Of a stretch of 64,000 nt of DNA, positions 9,797 through 19,403 are shown piece by piece. Source of the DNA: Oligoflexales bacterium. GTDB taxonomy: Bacteria > Bdellovibrionota_B > Oligoflexia > Oligoflexales > JAPPIL01. The notes under the pieces are model-generated. The model made no database searches and was not told the DNA's origin. It worked only from the letters and a program-made list of their open reading frames with translations. Numbering within the stretch: position 1 is the first letter of the stretch; each line of letters opens with the position of its first letter. The position numbers and the translations under genes are program-made. The stretch lies in assembly GCA_965215515.1 (NCBI GenBank), contig OZ244057.1, positions 608,001 to 672,000 of the forward strand. The letters run 5' to 3'.

Positions 9797-9965
9797 GAAC
9801 ATGCAGGGTGCTTTTACTATATGCCCCCTATATCGTCTAAGTTGGGGCAGGAGGTGTGATTTAATATGTTGAATTTACTTGATTTAATGAGATGAGGTGT
9901 CTAGCGGTCAATAATTCGGGGGTTATTTTTCAGAGATCATTTTTAACAACCTATTAGGAGGTTTC

Positions 9966-10412
9966 ATGAAACAGAAGGTGATGGTGATGTGCTTGGTGTT
10001 GAGTGCCGCGTTAGCGGCTGGATGTGCAACGTTGCACAGGTCTATGTCTGTGGGTGTGGGCATAGGCATAGGGACAGGAGTAGCGGCAAACATGGCAGCA
10101 ACGGGGGGCAAGGGTGCGATGAAGGGCGCACTCTTCGGCGCGGTGATCGGTGCTGCTAGCAGCTACCTGATTCACAGTGCTTTGGAGAAGAGAGATGCCA
10201 AGACGAGGAAGCAGACGCTACTTAACCTCGATAAGTTCTCTGTCTCCACACCAACAGGCAGGCGAGGCGTGCAGGACTTTCGGCTGTCCGCTCCTGACGT
10301 TGACAAAGAATGTTTCGATTGGGAGGTGCGAGGCAATCAGCTAGTGCAACAACATTGCGTGTGGACGATCAGGGGTAACGCCACATGGCAACTAAACACA
10401 AGGAGGCGATGA
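9966..10412 (+). CDS. Lipoprotein with glycine-zipper region
   Basis: AGGAGG SD; lipobox LAAGC; GVGIGIGTGVAA...GALFGAVIGA. Confidence 0.75.
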   Translation: MKQKVMVMCLVLSAALAAGCATLHRSMSVGVGIGIGTGVAANMAATGGKGAMKGALFGAVIGAASSYLIHSALEKRDAKTRKQTLLNLDKFSVSTPTGRRGVQDFRLSAPDVDKECFDWEVRGNQLVQQHCVWTIRGNATWQLNTRRR

Positions 10413-10727
10413 ATGAGTGCAAAACAGAAGGAAATGTGTAGGGTGCTGTTGGACAAGGAGCAGGCTAGCCTCGTTAGCGGGCTAGTCGCCAAGTTGCGAG
10501 GTGACTACTGCAAGGTAGACAGCTCGAAGCTGCTGAACCAGATCGTGGCGATCTTCTTTCAGAAGTACGCGGCGCAGGAGTATGACAGCATCGCCACAAC
10601 GTTCTTCGACAAACGCGGCTACCTGCGCAACCTCATCAACACCGCCCCGATCGAGGACATAGACAAGTCTATCAAGACTTACTTAGGCAAGGGGCGCACG
10701 GTGAAGGTGCGAAAGCAACAGCCTTGA
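10413..10727 (+). CDS. Hypothetical protein
   Basis: AGGAGG SD; directly follows the lipoprotein stop; 104 aa. Confidence 0.65.
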   Translation: MSAKQKEMCRVLLDKEQASLVSGLVAKLRGDYCKVDSSKLLNQIVAIFFQKYAAQEYDSIATTFFDKRGYLRNLINTAPIEDIDKSIKTYLGKGRTVKVRKQQP

Positions 10728-10767
10728 ATTCAAATGTGTTGCGCTGTAACATTGAAAGGAGCGTGCT

Positions 10768-11076
10768 ATAACAAATGAAAATTCGGGAAGGTTTTGTAAA
10801 AAATGCGGCAAATTTAAACTCTGGGATTGTTTCAGCAAGAAGCCTGGTGGTCGGAACGGGCGGGACAGTGCTTGTAAAGACTGCCGCAAGCGGGCACAGG
10901 TCAGCAGGAGAAAGAAATTGCGTGCTAACAAGCACATGGTGATTGATGGTGAGAATTTGGTAATTAAACACCGTATCGTTGGCGACCCATTGAAAGTAGA
11001 TATAGATGGCATCGCCATGATTATCGCTAACGCCTACCACAACAGGAGTGAGGACTTATGTATAAAAAGCGCATGA
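10768..11076 (+). CDS. CxxC-CxxC zinc-finger protein with an ATA start (non-canonical or mutated)
   Basis: 102-codon open frame after an AAAGGAG SD: TNENSGRFCKKCGKFKLWDCFSKKPGGRNGRDSACKDCRKR...; overlaps the recombinase start; missed by the ORF track. Confidence 0.65.
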   Translation: MTNENSGRFCKKCGKFKLWDCFSKKPGGRNGRDSACKDCRKRAQVSRRKKLRANKHMVIDGENLVIKHRIVGDPLKVDIDGIAMIIANAYHNRSEDLCIKSA

Positions 11077-12482
11077 ACCATAAGGAGATGAAGGCTCTGG
11101 TTTTGAAGGTCGTGGCGGATTGCCGCGGCCTTGCTGAACAGCATATCAAGAGCTGGCAGCCGTTCAATAAGGAGTGGCCAACGATTGAAGGAGCGGTTTA
11201 TTTGCGACTGTCTGATGATACACAAGTAGCCGTTGAGCGTGGATCGTTGGAGCAGCAAATTCACATCGCCATCTCTGAAGCACAGTATCGTTCGGAACAG
11301 GAGCGGATGAACTACAGGATTACCGAGTTCTACATTGAGCCAGGCATCACGGGCACGCATGGCAATCGCCCTCTGTTGCCGCTTTCTCGCTCCACATCAG
11401 GCTACAGCACAACATCAGCCTCAAAAAACATGGCAATAGCAATTACACCAGCGAACAAGAAGCGAGCTAGCAAGCGAGCGTTACAAAAAGGCGGCGTAGC
11501 GGTTCTTCAGGCTGTGCCAGAAATACGATTGCGAGATATGCATCAGAGGACTGCCGTTCAACCCTAACGATCCTGCTTCGATCCTACAACTTGATCAGCT
11601 AGCAGCTTTTGCTGAGTTCGAGTCTCGAACAACCTCAAAGCGTATCAGGGAAAGCAACCACTCTGCGTTGCTAACTTCAGGGAAATTCAACAGTCACTAT
11701 CCGCTGTTGGGGTTTGATGCGGTAAAAAACGAGCATGGTGAACATACTGGCATTTACAAGCCCAACAAGGCAGAACTGAAGCAGGTTGAGTGGATTATGT
11801 CATCGTTCCTGCGAGTGGACAGATACAAGACTCTACTTGATTGGTGTAGGGGGAAGAATATCAAGAGTAAGCGAGGTAGAGACTTTACATTAGTTAGCAT
11901 CAGGGGTCTGCTGACAAACCCTCGCTATATCGGCAAGTGGTATCGCAACAAGCACAACGCTGGCAAGAGACAGAGCAAGCTCATGCCCTATGAGCGTTAT
12001 ACTGAGGTTAAGTTGGATCATGGCTGCGTCATATTGACACGCGTTTGAGCTTCCTACTCGAAGGCGATAAAATGGAGATAGCACAGTCTTTCAGAGATGA
12101 GTATGAGAGACAGTTTTTAGACCTGAAAGACGAAGAGAGGGAGCTTATCGACAGGAAGAGGCAGCTTCAGTTACTGCAAAGACAGCTCGATGAAGCACAA
12201 GATGCTAGTAAGAGTGGGTGGTTAGATCATGCCAACAAGGCCATCAGCTGCATTAGGAAGAAGGATTTGATCTCGCTCAAATCTGCCTACAAGCAGCTCT
12301 TTCAGAAGATCATCGTTCACCCTCTGGATAGCACAAGATTGCAGTTGGAGTTTATCTTTAAGAGTGCGTCCACATCCATCCGCATGGGTGTGGACAAATT
12401 CTGTCCCTCGGTAGATTTGGTGGAGCATATCGGAATCGAACCGATGACCTCGGCAATGCCATTGCCGCGCTCTACCAACTGA
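11058..12482 (+). pseudogene. Large serine recombinase (integrase), fragmented
   Basis: YLRLS catalytic motif and EPGITGT..NRP; in other frames IRLQHNISLKKHG and DPASILQLDQLAAFAEFESRTTSKRIRE, recombinase domain LLTNPRYIG, and a C-terminal coiled coil; frameshifts near 11372-11499 and about 12032. Confidence 0.85.
12368..12395. repeat. Inverted repeat GTCCACATCCAT-CCGC-ATGGGTGTGGAC (tRNA terminator or att-site arm)
   Basis: 12-bp stem with one non-Watson-Crick position, about 22 nt beyond the tRNA CCA end. Confidence 0.5.
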
Positions 12483-12493
12483 GCTAATGCCCC
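12418..12493 (-). tRNA. tRNA-Ala (GGC)
   Basis: Reverse complement GGGGCATTAGCTCAGTTGGTAGAGCGCGGCAATGGCATTGCCGAGGTCATCGGTTCGATTCCGATATGCTCCACCA; 76 nt, G3:U70 pair, encoded CCA. Confidence 0.97.
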
Positions 12494-12554
12494 GTCATTC
12501 TTCTGTTACTGCCTTAACTGCACGCTCGCGACGTAATTCTTCTGTTACTACTAA

Positions 12555-13526
12555 CTAAATTCCTCTGCGAAAGAGCTGCAGAAACTTTGAATCCAACGAT
12601 AACAGTAGATTTGAGCGTTTTGTCAAAGTTTTTTTATAAGCTTCTAGAGTGCGAGAAAATTCGTAGAACTCAGGGTCTTTGCCGAGCTGTTTGGCATAGA
12701 TGTCGATCGCTTGAGCCTCGGCTTTACCCATAATTATCTCGCTGCGACGCAAGGCATCGGATTCAATGGCTTTGAGGTCTTTGTTTATCTTACCCGTGAT
12801 TTTTGCACTTTCACCCTTGCCAATCGATTTAATTTTTTCGGCAATACGCAAACGCTCAGAAATCATGCGTTGATAAACTTTCTCCTGCACACTTTCAACG
12901 TAAGCAATACGGCGGAGCTGTACGTCCACTAACTCAATACCAAAAACTTCCAACTCTTCTTGTGCACGCTTGATGATAATGCGACTGAGCTCCTCCCGCC
13001 CGACTTCGATGGCTTCAATCTCACCCATAATTTCTTCGTCGATGTTTTCTTCGCCCTCTTCCTCCCGCTGCCGCTGCTCAGCACTGCGTTTGACCCGCTC
13101 TTCAAGAATTTGATTGTCGTTGCGTACCGACTCAACCAGATTATGACTGGAAATTGTGTCACGGGTAATACCATCGATAATACCGTTGAGCTTGTTCTGT
13201 GCCCCATATTCGTTGATAACAATCTGCGCATACTTAACGGCATCAGCAATCCTCCACCGCGCCGTGGTATCGACAAGAATATACTTTTTGTCTTTAGTCG
13301 GAATCTGCTCAGGATCGCCATCCCAGGTCAACAAACGCTTCTCGTAAAAACGCACATCCTGAATAAACGGCAGTTTCCAATGCAAACCAGACTCGGTGAT
13401 CGGGGCACTGACAATACGCCCGAACTGCACAATCAAAGCCTGATGCTCCTCCCGCACCCGATAACTGGCACTGTAAACAACTATTACCACCAACAGCGCG
13501 GCAACCATATACACACTACTTTTCAC
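12555..13526 (-). CDS. hflC: FtsH protease modulator HflC
   Basis: SPFH domain, GLHWKLPFIQ, TKDKK, RMISER, DPEFYEFSRTLEAY; GTG start after a GGAG SD. Confidence 0.93.
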   Translation of the reverse strand: MKSSVYMVAALLVVIVVYSASYRVREEHQALIVQFGRIVSAPITESGLHWKLPFIQDVRFYEKRLLTWDGDPEQIPTKDKKYILVDTTARWRIADAVKYAQIVINEYGAQNKLNGIIDGITRDTISSHNLVESVRNDNQILEERVKRSAEQRQREEEGEENIDEEIMGEIEAIEVGREELSRIIIKRAQEELEVFGIELVDVQLRRIAYVESVQEKVYQRMISERLRIAEKIKSIGKGESAKITGKINKDLKAIESDALRRSEIIMGKAEAQAIDIYAKQLGKDPEFYEFSRTLEAYKKTLTKRSNLLLSLDSKFLQLFRRGI

Positions 13527-14649
13527 CGATTCGCTCCTTCCTGTCATCGCCGAGGAAATTTTGCAGATCGTCAGGTTTTTGATAAAGCGGCAGTATACCC
13601 TTCAAACTGCTATCCACAACAGTAATACGTGACAACGAAGTCATGACATCTTCCACGGTCTCTAGATAAAGACGCTTCTTGGTGACCTCAGGTGACTTGC
13701 GATACGAAGCATAAACTGAAGCAAAACGTTGCGACTCACCCCGTGCCTTGTTTAAAATAGAAACAGCATAACCCTGAGCATCAGCAATCTGCTTGTCAGC
13801 CTTACCACGAGCCTCAGGGATGATGCGATTGTACTCCTTCTCGGCATTGTTGATCGTCTCCTCCTGCTCCTGCTTGGCAACGTTAACCTCGTTGAAAGCA
13901 GGTTTCACCTCGTCAGGCGGATTGACATCCTGCAACTTGATCGTCACAATAGTGACCCCCAACTTGTACTTGTCGATAAGCTCTTGCGTAAGCTTCTTCG
14001 CTTCGACAGCAATGGCGATACGATCGGTAGTCAAGACACTGCTCACCGAACGATTGCCAACCACACGGCGCATAATAGACAACGATAAGTCGTTGATGTT
14101 GCGCACAGGATCTCTGGCACTGAACAAAAACAAACGCGGATCGCTGACACGATACTCAATCTTCCACTCGACGTTAGCCACATTGAGATCACCCGTGAGC
14201 ATAATACTCTCTTCGTTGATCTTATCCCTAGAAGTGCGCGTGACACGTCGCTCCATCGCCCGCTCCCGATAACCAAAACTCATCGGCTGACTGCTGATCG
14301 GAACCTTAACCACATCATCAACCCCAAAAGGAATTTTGAAATGTAGCCCATTATCCACCGTCTTGACGTACTCACCGAAACGAGTAACCACCCCACGCTC
14401 GTGAGGCTGGACAGTATAAAAAGACGAGAACGCCCCGTAGCCAACCAGAATAACAAGAACTATCAGCAACACCGACACAAAACTGCTGTCACCGCCACCC
14501 TGCCCACGCCCACTACCATTACCGCCGCGCCGCCGACCGCCACCCACCCTACCAAACCCCAGCTCGCTCAAAAAACTGTTGATCTCATCCATAATTTTAT
14601 CGCCAGAACCACGCGGGCGATTGAGCGGACGCACATTATCGTCATCCAT
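13516..14649 (-). CDS. hflK: FtsH protease modulator HflK
   Basis: Gly-rich N-terminus, TM, GVVTRFG, MLTGDLN, PPDEVKPAF, RLYLET; ATG at 14649 after GAAGGAG. Confidence 0.93.
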   Translation of the reverse strand: MDDDNVRPLNRPRGSGDKIMDEINSFLSELGFGRVGGGRRRGGNGSGRGQGGGDSSFVSVLLIVLVILVGYGAFSSFYTVQPHERGVVTRFGEYVKTVDNGLHFKIPFGVDDVVKVPISSQPMSFGYRERAMERRVTRTSRDKINEESIMLTGDLNVANVEWKIEYRVSDPRLFLFSARDPVRNINDLSLSIMRRVVGNRSVSSVLTTDRIAIAVEAKKLTQELIDKYKLGVTIVTIKLQDVNPPDEVKPAFNEVNVAKQEQEETINNAEKEYNRIIPEARGKADKQIADAQGYAVSILNKARGESQRFASVYASYRKSPEVTKKRLYLETVEDVMTSLSRITVVDSSLKGILPLYQKPDDLQNFLGDDRKERIGEK

Positions 14650-14878
14650 GCACTGCACTCCTTCGCGACGAAACCACACACCCGCCACCGACAAGGCGAG
14701 CACCCCGTTTAAACAAAACACAGCAAGCTTGGCAAGCTCCAAATACTCGCGGACGAGATTCAACTTCCCACCGACCTACACCCCGATGCACACCGCTACC
14801 CCACAATTGCAACAACAGATTGCCATACAGAACGCAACGCTTTAGAATGACAACAGGCAGTGCGGTGAACACAGAGCG

Positions 14879-15796
14879 ATGCAATGTCCGCAACTACTGA
14901 CAATACCATTACTGCTGTCACTAACGACAGCGACAGAGGCGGGAACATTGACCGACTACCTCAGCAAAACATGGCAGAGCTGGCGCGCTAAACTGACCGC
15001 ACCCGCGATGCGCCTTTTCTACTACCCCGAGCGAGCAGAAATCCCCCCGCCGCCAAGCTCGCAAGAACTCAACACACAAGAGATTTTTCTGCACACCGCC
15101 GACGGAGTGCGCTTACACGGGCGTTTTTATCAACATAACACCACCCCCGCACGCGGCACAGTAGTGCAGTTCCACGGCAACGCAGGTAACATTACCAACC
15201 ACGTCGGTCTCCTGCTGTGGCTGGTGGAACACGGCTACAACCTCTTCGTTTTCGACTATCGCGGCTACGGACGTTCAGAATCAACACCATCGCCCGCAGG
15301 CCTGCACCAAGATGCCCTCGCCGCCCTCCACGAAACCGAACGCCTGCACCGTACCTACGCCGACAAAGGATTGCTGATCATCGTCGGACAATCACTCGGC
15401 GGAGCAGTGGTGCTGAAAGCACTAGAAAACTTTACCGCCACCCTGCCCGTCGCCCTGCTAGTGCTCGACTCGACCTTCGCCTCGTACCGCGACGTCGCCC
15501 TGCGTATCACCAGCACCAACTTTCCTGGCCTGCTGCTCGCCCCATTCGCCTGGCTGCTGGTGTCCGATGCCTACGCCGCAGACCTTAAACACTGTTGCCC
15601 ACAACACCTGCTAGTCCTGCACTCCAAACACGACCAAACCGTGCCCTTCAGCTGCGGTCAACACATCTACGAACAAGCTAACTCCAAACATAAAAACTTC
15701 TGGACCGACAACACCATGACACACCTGCTACTCACCCACGACAGACCCGATATCCAACAACGCTTTTTGAGATTACTCCAAAACCTAAACCCCTAA
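14879..15796 (+). CDS. Alpha/beta hydrolase (ABHD/YfhR-like)
   Basis: FHGNAGN, DYRGYGRS, GQSLGG nucleophile elbow, HSKHDQTVPF. Confidence 0.85.
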   Translation: MQCPQLLTIPLLLSLTTATEAGTLTDYLSKTWQSWRAKLTAPAMRLFYYPERAEIPPPPSSQELNTQEIFLHTADGVRLHGRFYQHNTTPARGTVVQFHGNAGNITNHVGLLLWLVEHGYNLFVFDYRGYGRSESTPSPAGLHQDALAALHETERLHRTYADKGLLIIVGQSLGGAVVLKALENFTATLPVALLVLDSTFASYRDVALRITSTNFPGLLLAPFAWLLVSDAYAADLKHCCPQHLLVLHSKHDQTVPFSCGQHIYEQANSKHKNFWTDNTMTHLLLTHDRPDIQQRFLRLLQNLNP

Positions 15797-15917
15797 GCAA
15801 ACCAAAGCTATTTGTTTGACACACAAGACACCGCCGTCCAATTGTGAAATTACTCCAAAACCTAAACCCCTAAGCAAACCAAAGCTATCGCTTGACATAC
15901 AAGATGTCGCTGTCCAA
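15772..15917. repeat. Tandem duplication (77-bp period) spanning convergent gene ends
   Basis: 40 identical bp at 15772-15811 and 15849-15888, followed by about 30 bp of diverged similarity. Confidence 0.85.
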
Positions 15918-18900
15918 GTTAGGCAGAGATTGCAAACGCAACAACACCTCATCATTCATCTCTATTCTCGTGGACGAAGTTAGCGTAAATTTAATCTTGG
16001 GGTAGCACAACACAAAATATAACGGCGTATCGCCGATGTTGTCGGCACATATTTGGGCAAGATGTTGCAGTGCGAGGGGATGTTCATGAGCCAGTTGTAC
16101 ACCGCGCAACCGCAAGTAAACCTTGCCAACCTGCTGACGACGCGCAACGCTGAGTGCTTGGATGTCCCTGACGGTTAGATTTATTCTCTCGTTGTACGCC
16201 TTGTCTACCCGCAGTCTAACCAACACCGCGGTGTAGATGGGAGGGACAGGTATATCACGCTCGAACATAGCAACCTCACGGAGGGCAGTTTCATCTTCGA
16301 GAGTTAACCACAAGACACGGCGTTGCTTTTTACTCAGGCGTTCACTGACACCCGTCAAGATAGCCACCACCACCACCTCTGACTGGCTGACAGACAAGGA
16401 TTCTAGCCGCGTCGTGCGAAAAAAAGCACGATCGCTACCATAAAAAGACAGCGGATGCTTGGACAGATACGCACCCAATTGCTTTCTCTCTGCTGTTAAC
16501 GAAGCGAAGCTGGCGGTAAGCACACCTTCAGTGGTGAACCCGTCTTGCAAAGCATGCAGATCATGATCATCATTGTCAAACAAGGTCATCTGACGCTGCC
16601 TTTTGCGGCGATGGATTTCCTCGCTGTACTTAACCAACCTGCTGCTGTTTTTATGCACATAGACACGATCAACATTGAGCACATCGAAACAACCACTGAG
16701 CGCGAGTAATTCCAAGTTTCTCTTGCCCACCTTGCCGAGATCAACACGCTTAACAAACGCAATCATGCTCTCAAACGCCCCACGAGCAACACGCTCCTGC
16801 TCGATAACCTTGATCGCATTGCCGCTCATGCCCTTGATCGCAGACAGACCGAACACAATCGCATGCGGCTGCGCTACCCGCGGGAGAAACCGCGCCTCGC
16901 TATCGTTAATCGAAAGAGGTACAAGCGTAATACCTAGCCGCCGACACTCGTTGACATAACGCAAAGTTTTTTCACCATAATCACAATCGCAAGTCATCAC
17001 CGCAGCCATGAATTGGGCGGGGTAATTAACTTTCAAATACGCGGTCTGATAACTCAACAAGCCATACGCCGTCGAGTGACTTTTGTTGAAACCATACTCG
17101 GCGAAACTTGCCATCAAGTTAAACAAAGCAACGGCTTTCTGCTGTGCGATCCCATTGCCCACACAACCTGCGACAAAACGCGACTGCTGTTGTGCCATCT
17201 CCTGCGGTTTTTTCTTGCCCATCGCCCGTCGTAACAGATCGGCTTCGCCTAGGCTATAATTAGCAAGCATCGCCGCGATCTGCTGTACCTGTTCCTGATA
17301 GACGATAACCCCGTAAGTATCTTTTAGCACCGTGACAAGTTGCGGTAAAAGATGCACGATGGCTTTCTTGCCGTGTTTGCGGTCGATAAAATCATCGACC
17401 ATGCCTGAAGCAAGCGGCCCTGGTCTGAACAAAGCGATCGTCGCAACAATGTCTTCGAAGGTTGACGGTTGTAATTTTTGTAACAACCGTATCATGCCGT
17501 GACTTTCCAACTGAAATATGCCCGTGGTATACCCCGCACTGATTTCTGCATAAACTTTGCGATCGTCGCGAGGAATAATGTCGAGATCAAAATTTTTATC
17601 ACACTGCTGGCGAATGAAGTTTACCGCCAAGGAAATGATGGTCAAGGTCTTCAGGCCAAGAAAATCAAATTTTACTAAACCCGTCTGCTCGGCGTTTTTC
17701 ATCTCATACTGGGTAATGAGATGGCCATCTTCCGAGCGGTAGACAGGCACATAGTCAGTAATAGGAGCATCGGAAATCATAATACCCGCGGCATGCACAG
17801 AAGTGTGACGGTTAAGCCCTTCAAGCTTGTGAGCGAAATCCATCAGTTCACGATAATCATCATCCTGTGCTATCGCTTCCTGCAAACGCGGTTCTTTTTG
17901 CAATGCAGTAGCAAGCGTGATACCGAGTTCGTTAGGCACGAGACGGGCAAGACGATCGACTTTTTGATAACTGATTTCCAACACACGTCCGACATCGCGG
18001 ATGGCAGCCTTGGCATTCATTTTACCGAAAGTCGTTATCTGGGCAACGTTATCCTTTCCGTAACGTTCGATAACATATTTGATAACCTCATCTCTGCGCC
18101 ACTGACAAAAATCTATATCAAAATCAGGCATCGATACCCGCTCAGGATTTAAAAATCTTTCGAAAAATAAACCGTGCACTACAGGGTCAATATCCGTAAT
18201 CCGCAGAGCATAAGCGACCAACGACCCCGCTCCTGAGCCGCGCCCAGGGCCGACAGGGATGTTGCGCTTTTTCGCCCAAGCGATGAAATCATGTACGATT
18301 AAAAAGTAGCCAGGAAATTTCATCGCGGCAATAACACGCAATTCATAAGCGAGACGCTCGCGATAGGTCTGCTGCGCATCATCCGTCAAGTCAGTGTACT
18401 TGGCCAAACGTTGTTGCAAACCGTCATGTGCGTAACGTGCCAACTCCTGCGCAGGATCGCCAGCCAAAGTAGGGAGATGATACGTGCCAAACTGCAAGAC
18501 CACGTTGCAACGTGCCGCGATCTTAACAGTATTGGCTATTGCGTCGGGAAAGTGAGCATAACGCTGGACAACTTCTTCGTTGTCGAGCAGATGAAAATGT
18601 GCGTCACGATTACCGCGCTCGATGTCGCTGAAAGTTAAGTCGTTCTTGATCGCCAAGAATATATCGTGTGCACCGCGAAAATCACGGGAGATGTAGTGAG
18701 CATCGGCAGAGCAGACCAGCGGTAAATTGAAATGGCGTGCCACTTTTACCTGCGTCGCCAGTAAAGCACGCTGTTTAGGTAAACCGTTGTCGATCATCTC
18801 GACGAAGTAGCCATCCTTCCCGAACAAACGTCGCATGGCAGCAACATGTGCGGCCAGCAGTCGGTAGACAGACTGACAGCTGGGCGGTAAATTGTCCAAA

Positions 18901-19376
18901 ACCAGATCTCGCCCCGCGTGCCTTTGCAACTGCTGCACCAGAAAACCCAACTCGCCTAGCTGACAGCTGGAGAGTGCGATCAGCCCTTCACTGTGCGCGG
19001 CGAGCAACTCCTCTGGCACAACGGGCACGGCAGCCGTGGTCGCCAGATAACCGCCGCTGCTGATCTTGATGAGATTGTGGTAACCGACGTTGTCCGCGGC
19101 CAACAACACGAGATGAAACGGGCGCGGTTTGGGATTGCTGAGCTCAGCCGTCGCGGGTTGGCCGCACCAAAAAATTTCGCAACCGATGATCGGCTTGATG
19201 CCCGCGGTGCATGCCTTCTCGTAAAAATCTAGCGCAGCATGCATGTTGCCATGGTCGGTAACCGCAACCGCCTCATGCCCCAAACTCTCCACCCTCTCCA
19301 GCAGTTGCTCAATCTTGATCGAGCCATCGAACAAGGAGTATTCGGTATGTACATGCAAATGGGCGAAATCAGCCAC
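15885..19376 (-). CDS. dnaE: DNA polymerase III alpha subunit
   Basis: PHP HLHVHTEYS, GPGRGSGAGS, FERFLNPERVSMPDFDIDF, YGFNKSHS. Confidence 0.97.
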   Translation of the reverse strand: MADFAHLHVHTEYSLFDGSIKIEQLLERVESLGHEAVAVTDHGNMHAALDFYEKACTAGIKPIIGCEIFWCGQPATAELSNPKPRPFHLVLLAADNVGYHNLIKISSGGYLATTAAVPVVPEELLAAHSEGLIALSSCQLGELGFLVQQLQRHAGRDLVLDNLPPSCQSVYRLLAAHVAAMRRLFGKDGYFVEMIDNGLPKQRALLATQVKVARHFNLPLVCSADAHYISRDFRGAHDIFLAIKNDLTFSDIERGNRDAHFHLLDNEEVVQRYAHFPDAIANTVKIAARCNVVLQFGTYHLPTLAGDPAQELARYAHDGLQQRLAKYTDLTDDAQQTYRERLAYELRVIAAMKFPGYFLIVHDFIAWAKKRNIPVGPGRGSGAGSLVAYALRITDIDPVVHGLFFERFLNPERVSMPDFDIDFCQWRRDEVIKYVIERYGKDNVAQITTFGKMNAKAAIRDVGRVLEISYQKVDRLARLVPNELGITLATALQKEPRLQEAIAQDDDYRELMDFAHKLEGLNRHTSVHAAGIMISDAPITDYVPVYRSEDGHLITQYEMKNAEQTGLVKFDFLGLKTLTIISLAVNFIRQQCDKNFDLDIIPRDDRKVYAEISAGYTTGIFQLESHGMIRLLQKLQPSTFEDIVATIALFRPGPLASGMVDDFIDRKHGKKAIVHLLPQLVTVLKDTYGVIVYQEQVQQIAAMLANYSLGEADLLRRAMGKKKPQEMAQQQSRFVAGCVGNGIAQQKAVALFNLMASFAEYGFNKSHSTAYGLLSYQTAYLKVNYPAQFMAAVMTCDCDYGEKTLRYVNECRRLGITLVPLSINDSEARFLPRVAQPHAIVFGLSAIKGMSGNAIKVIEQERVARGAFESMIAFVKRVDLGKVGKRNLELLALSGCFDVLNVDRVYVHKNSSRLVKYSEEIHRRKRQRQMTLFDNDDHDLHALQDGFTTEGVLTASFASLTAERKQLGAYLSKHPLSFYGSDRAFFRTTRLESLSVSQSEVVVVAILTGVSERLSKKQRRVLWLTLEDETALREVAMFERDIPVPPIYTAVLVRLRVDKAYNERINLTVRDIQALSVARRQQVGKVYLRLRGVQLAHEHPLALQHLAQICADNIGDTPLYFVLCYPKIKFTLTSSTRIEMNDEVLLRLQSLPNLDSDILYVKR

Positions 19377-19403
19377 GACACCTTTTCCTCAAAAAATCAC
19401 TCG

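Larger units (their letters stand above)
1..12420 (+). mobile_element. Integrative conjugative element (right part; left end lies outside the window), integrated at the 3' end of tRNA-Ala(GGC); partly decayed
   Basis: Co-oriented T4SS operon, ATPase, relaxase and serine recombinase ending at a tRNA 3' end; visibly more AT-rich than the downstream backbone. Confidence 0.85.

Noticed and set aside
10672..11040. Minus-strand ORFs of 111-122 aa
   Set aside because: They are antisense shadows of the plus-strand Zn-finger ORF, with no SD or recognisable motifs.
14650..14763. N-terminal extension of HflK in the ORF track
   Set aside because: A strong SD precedes ATG 14649; the extension is probably not translated.
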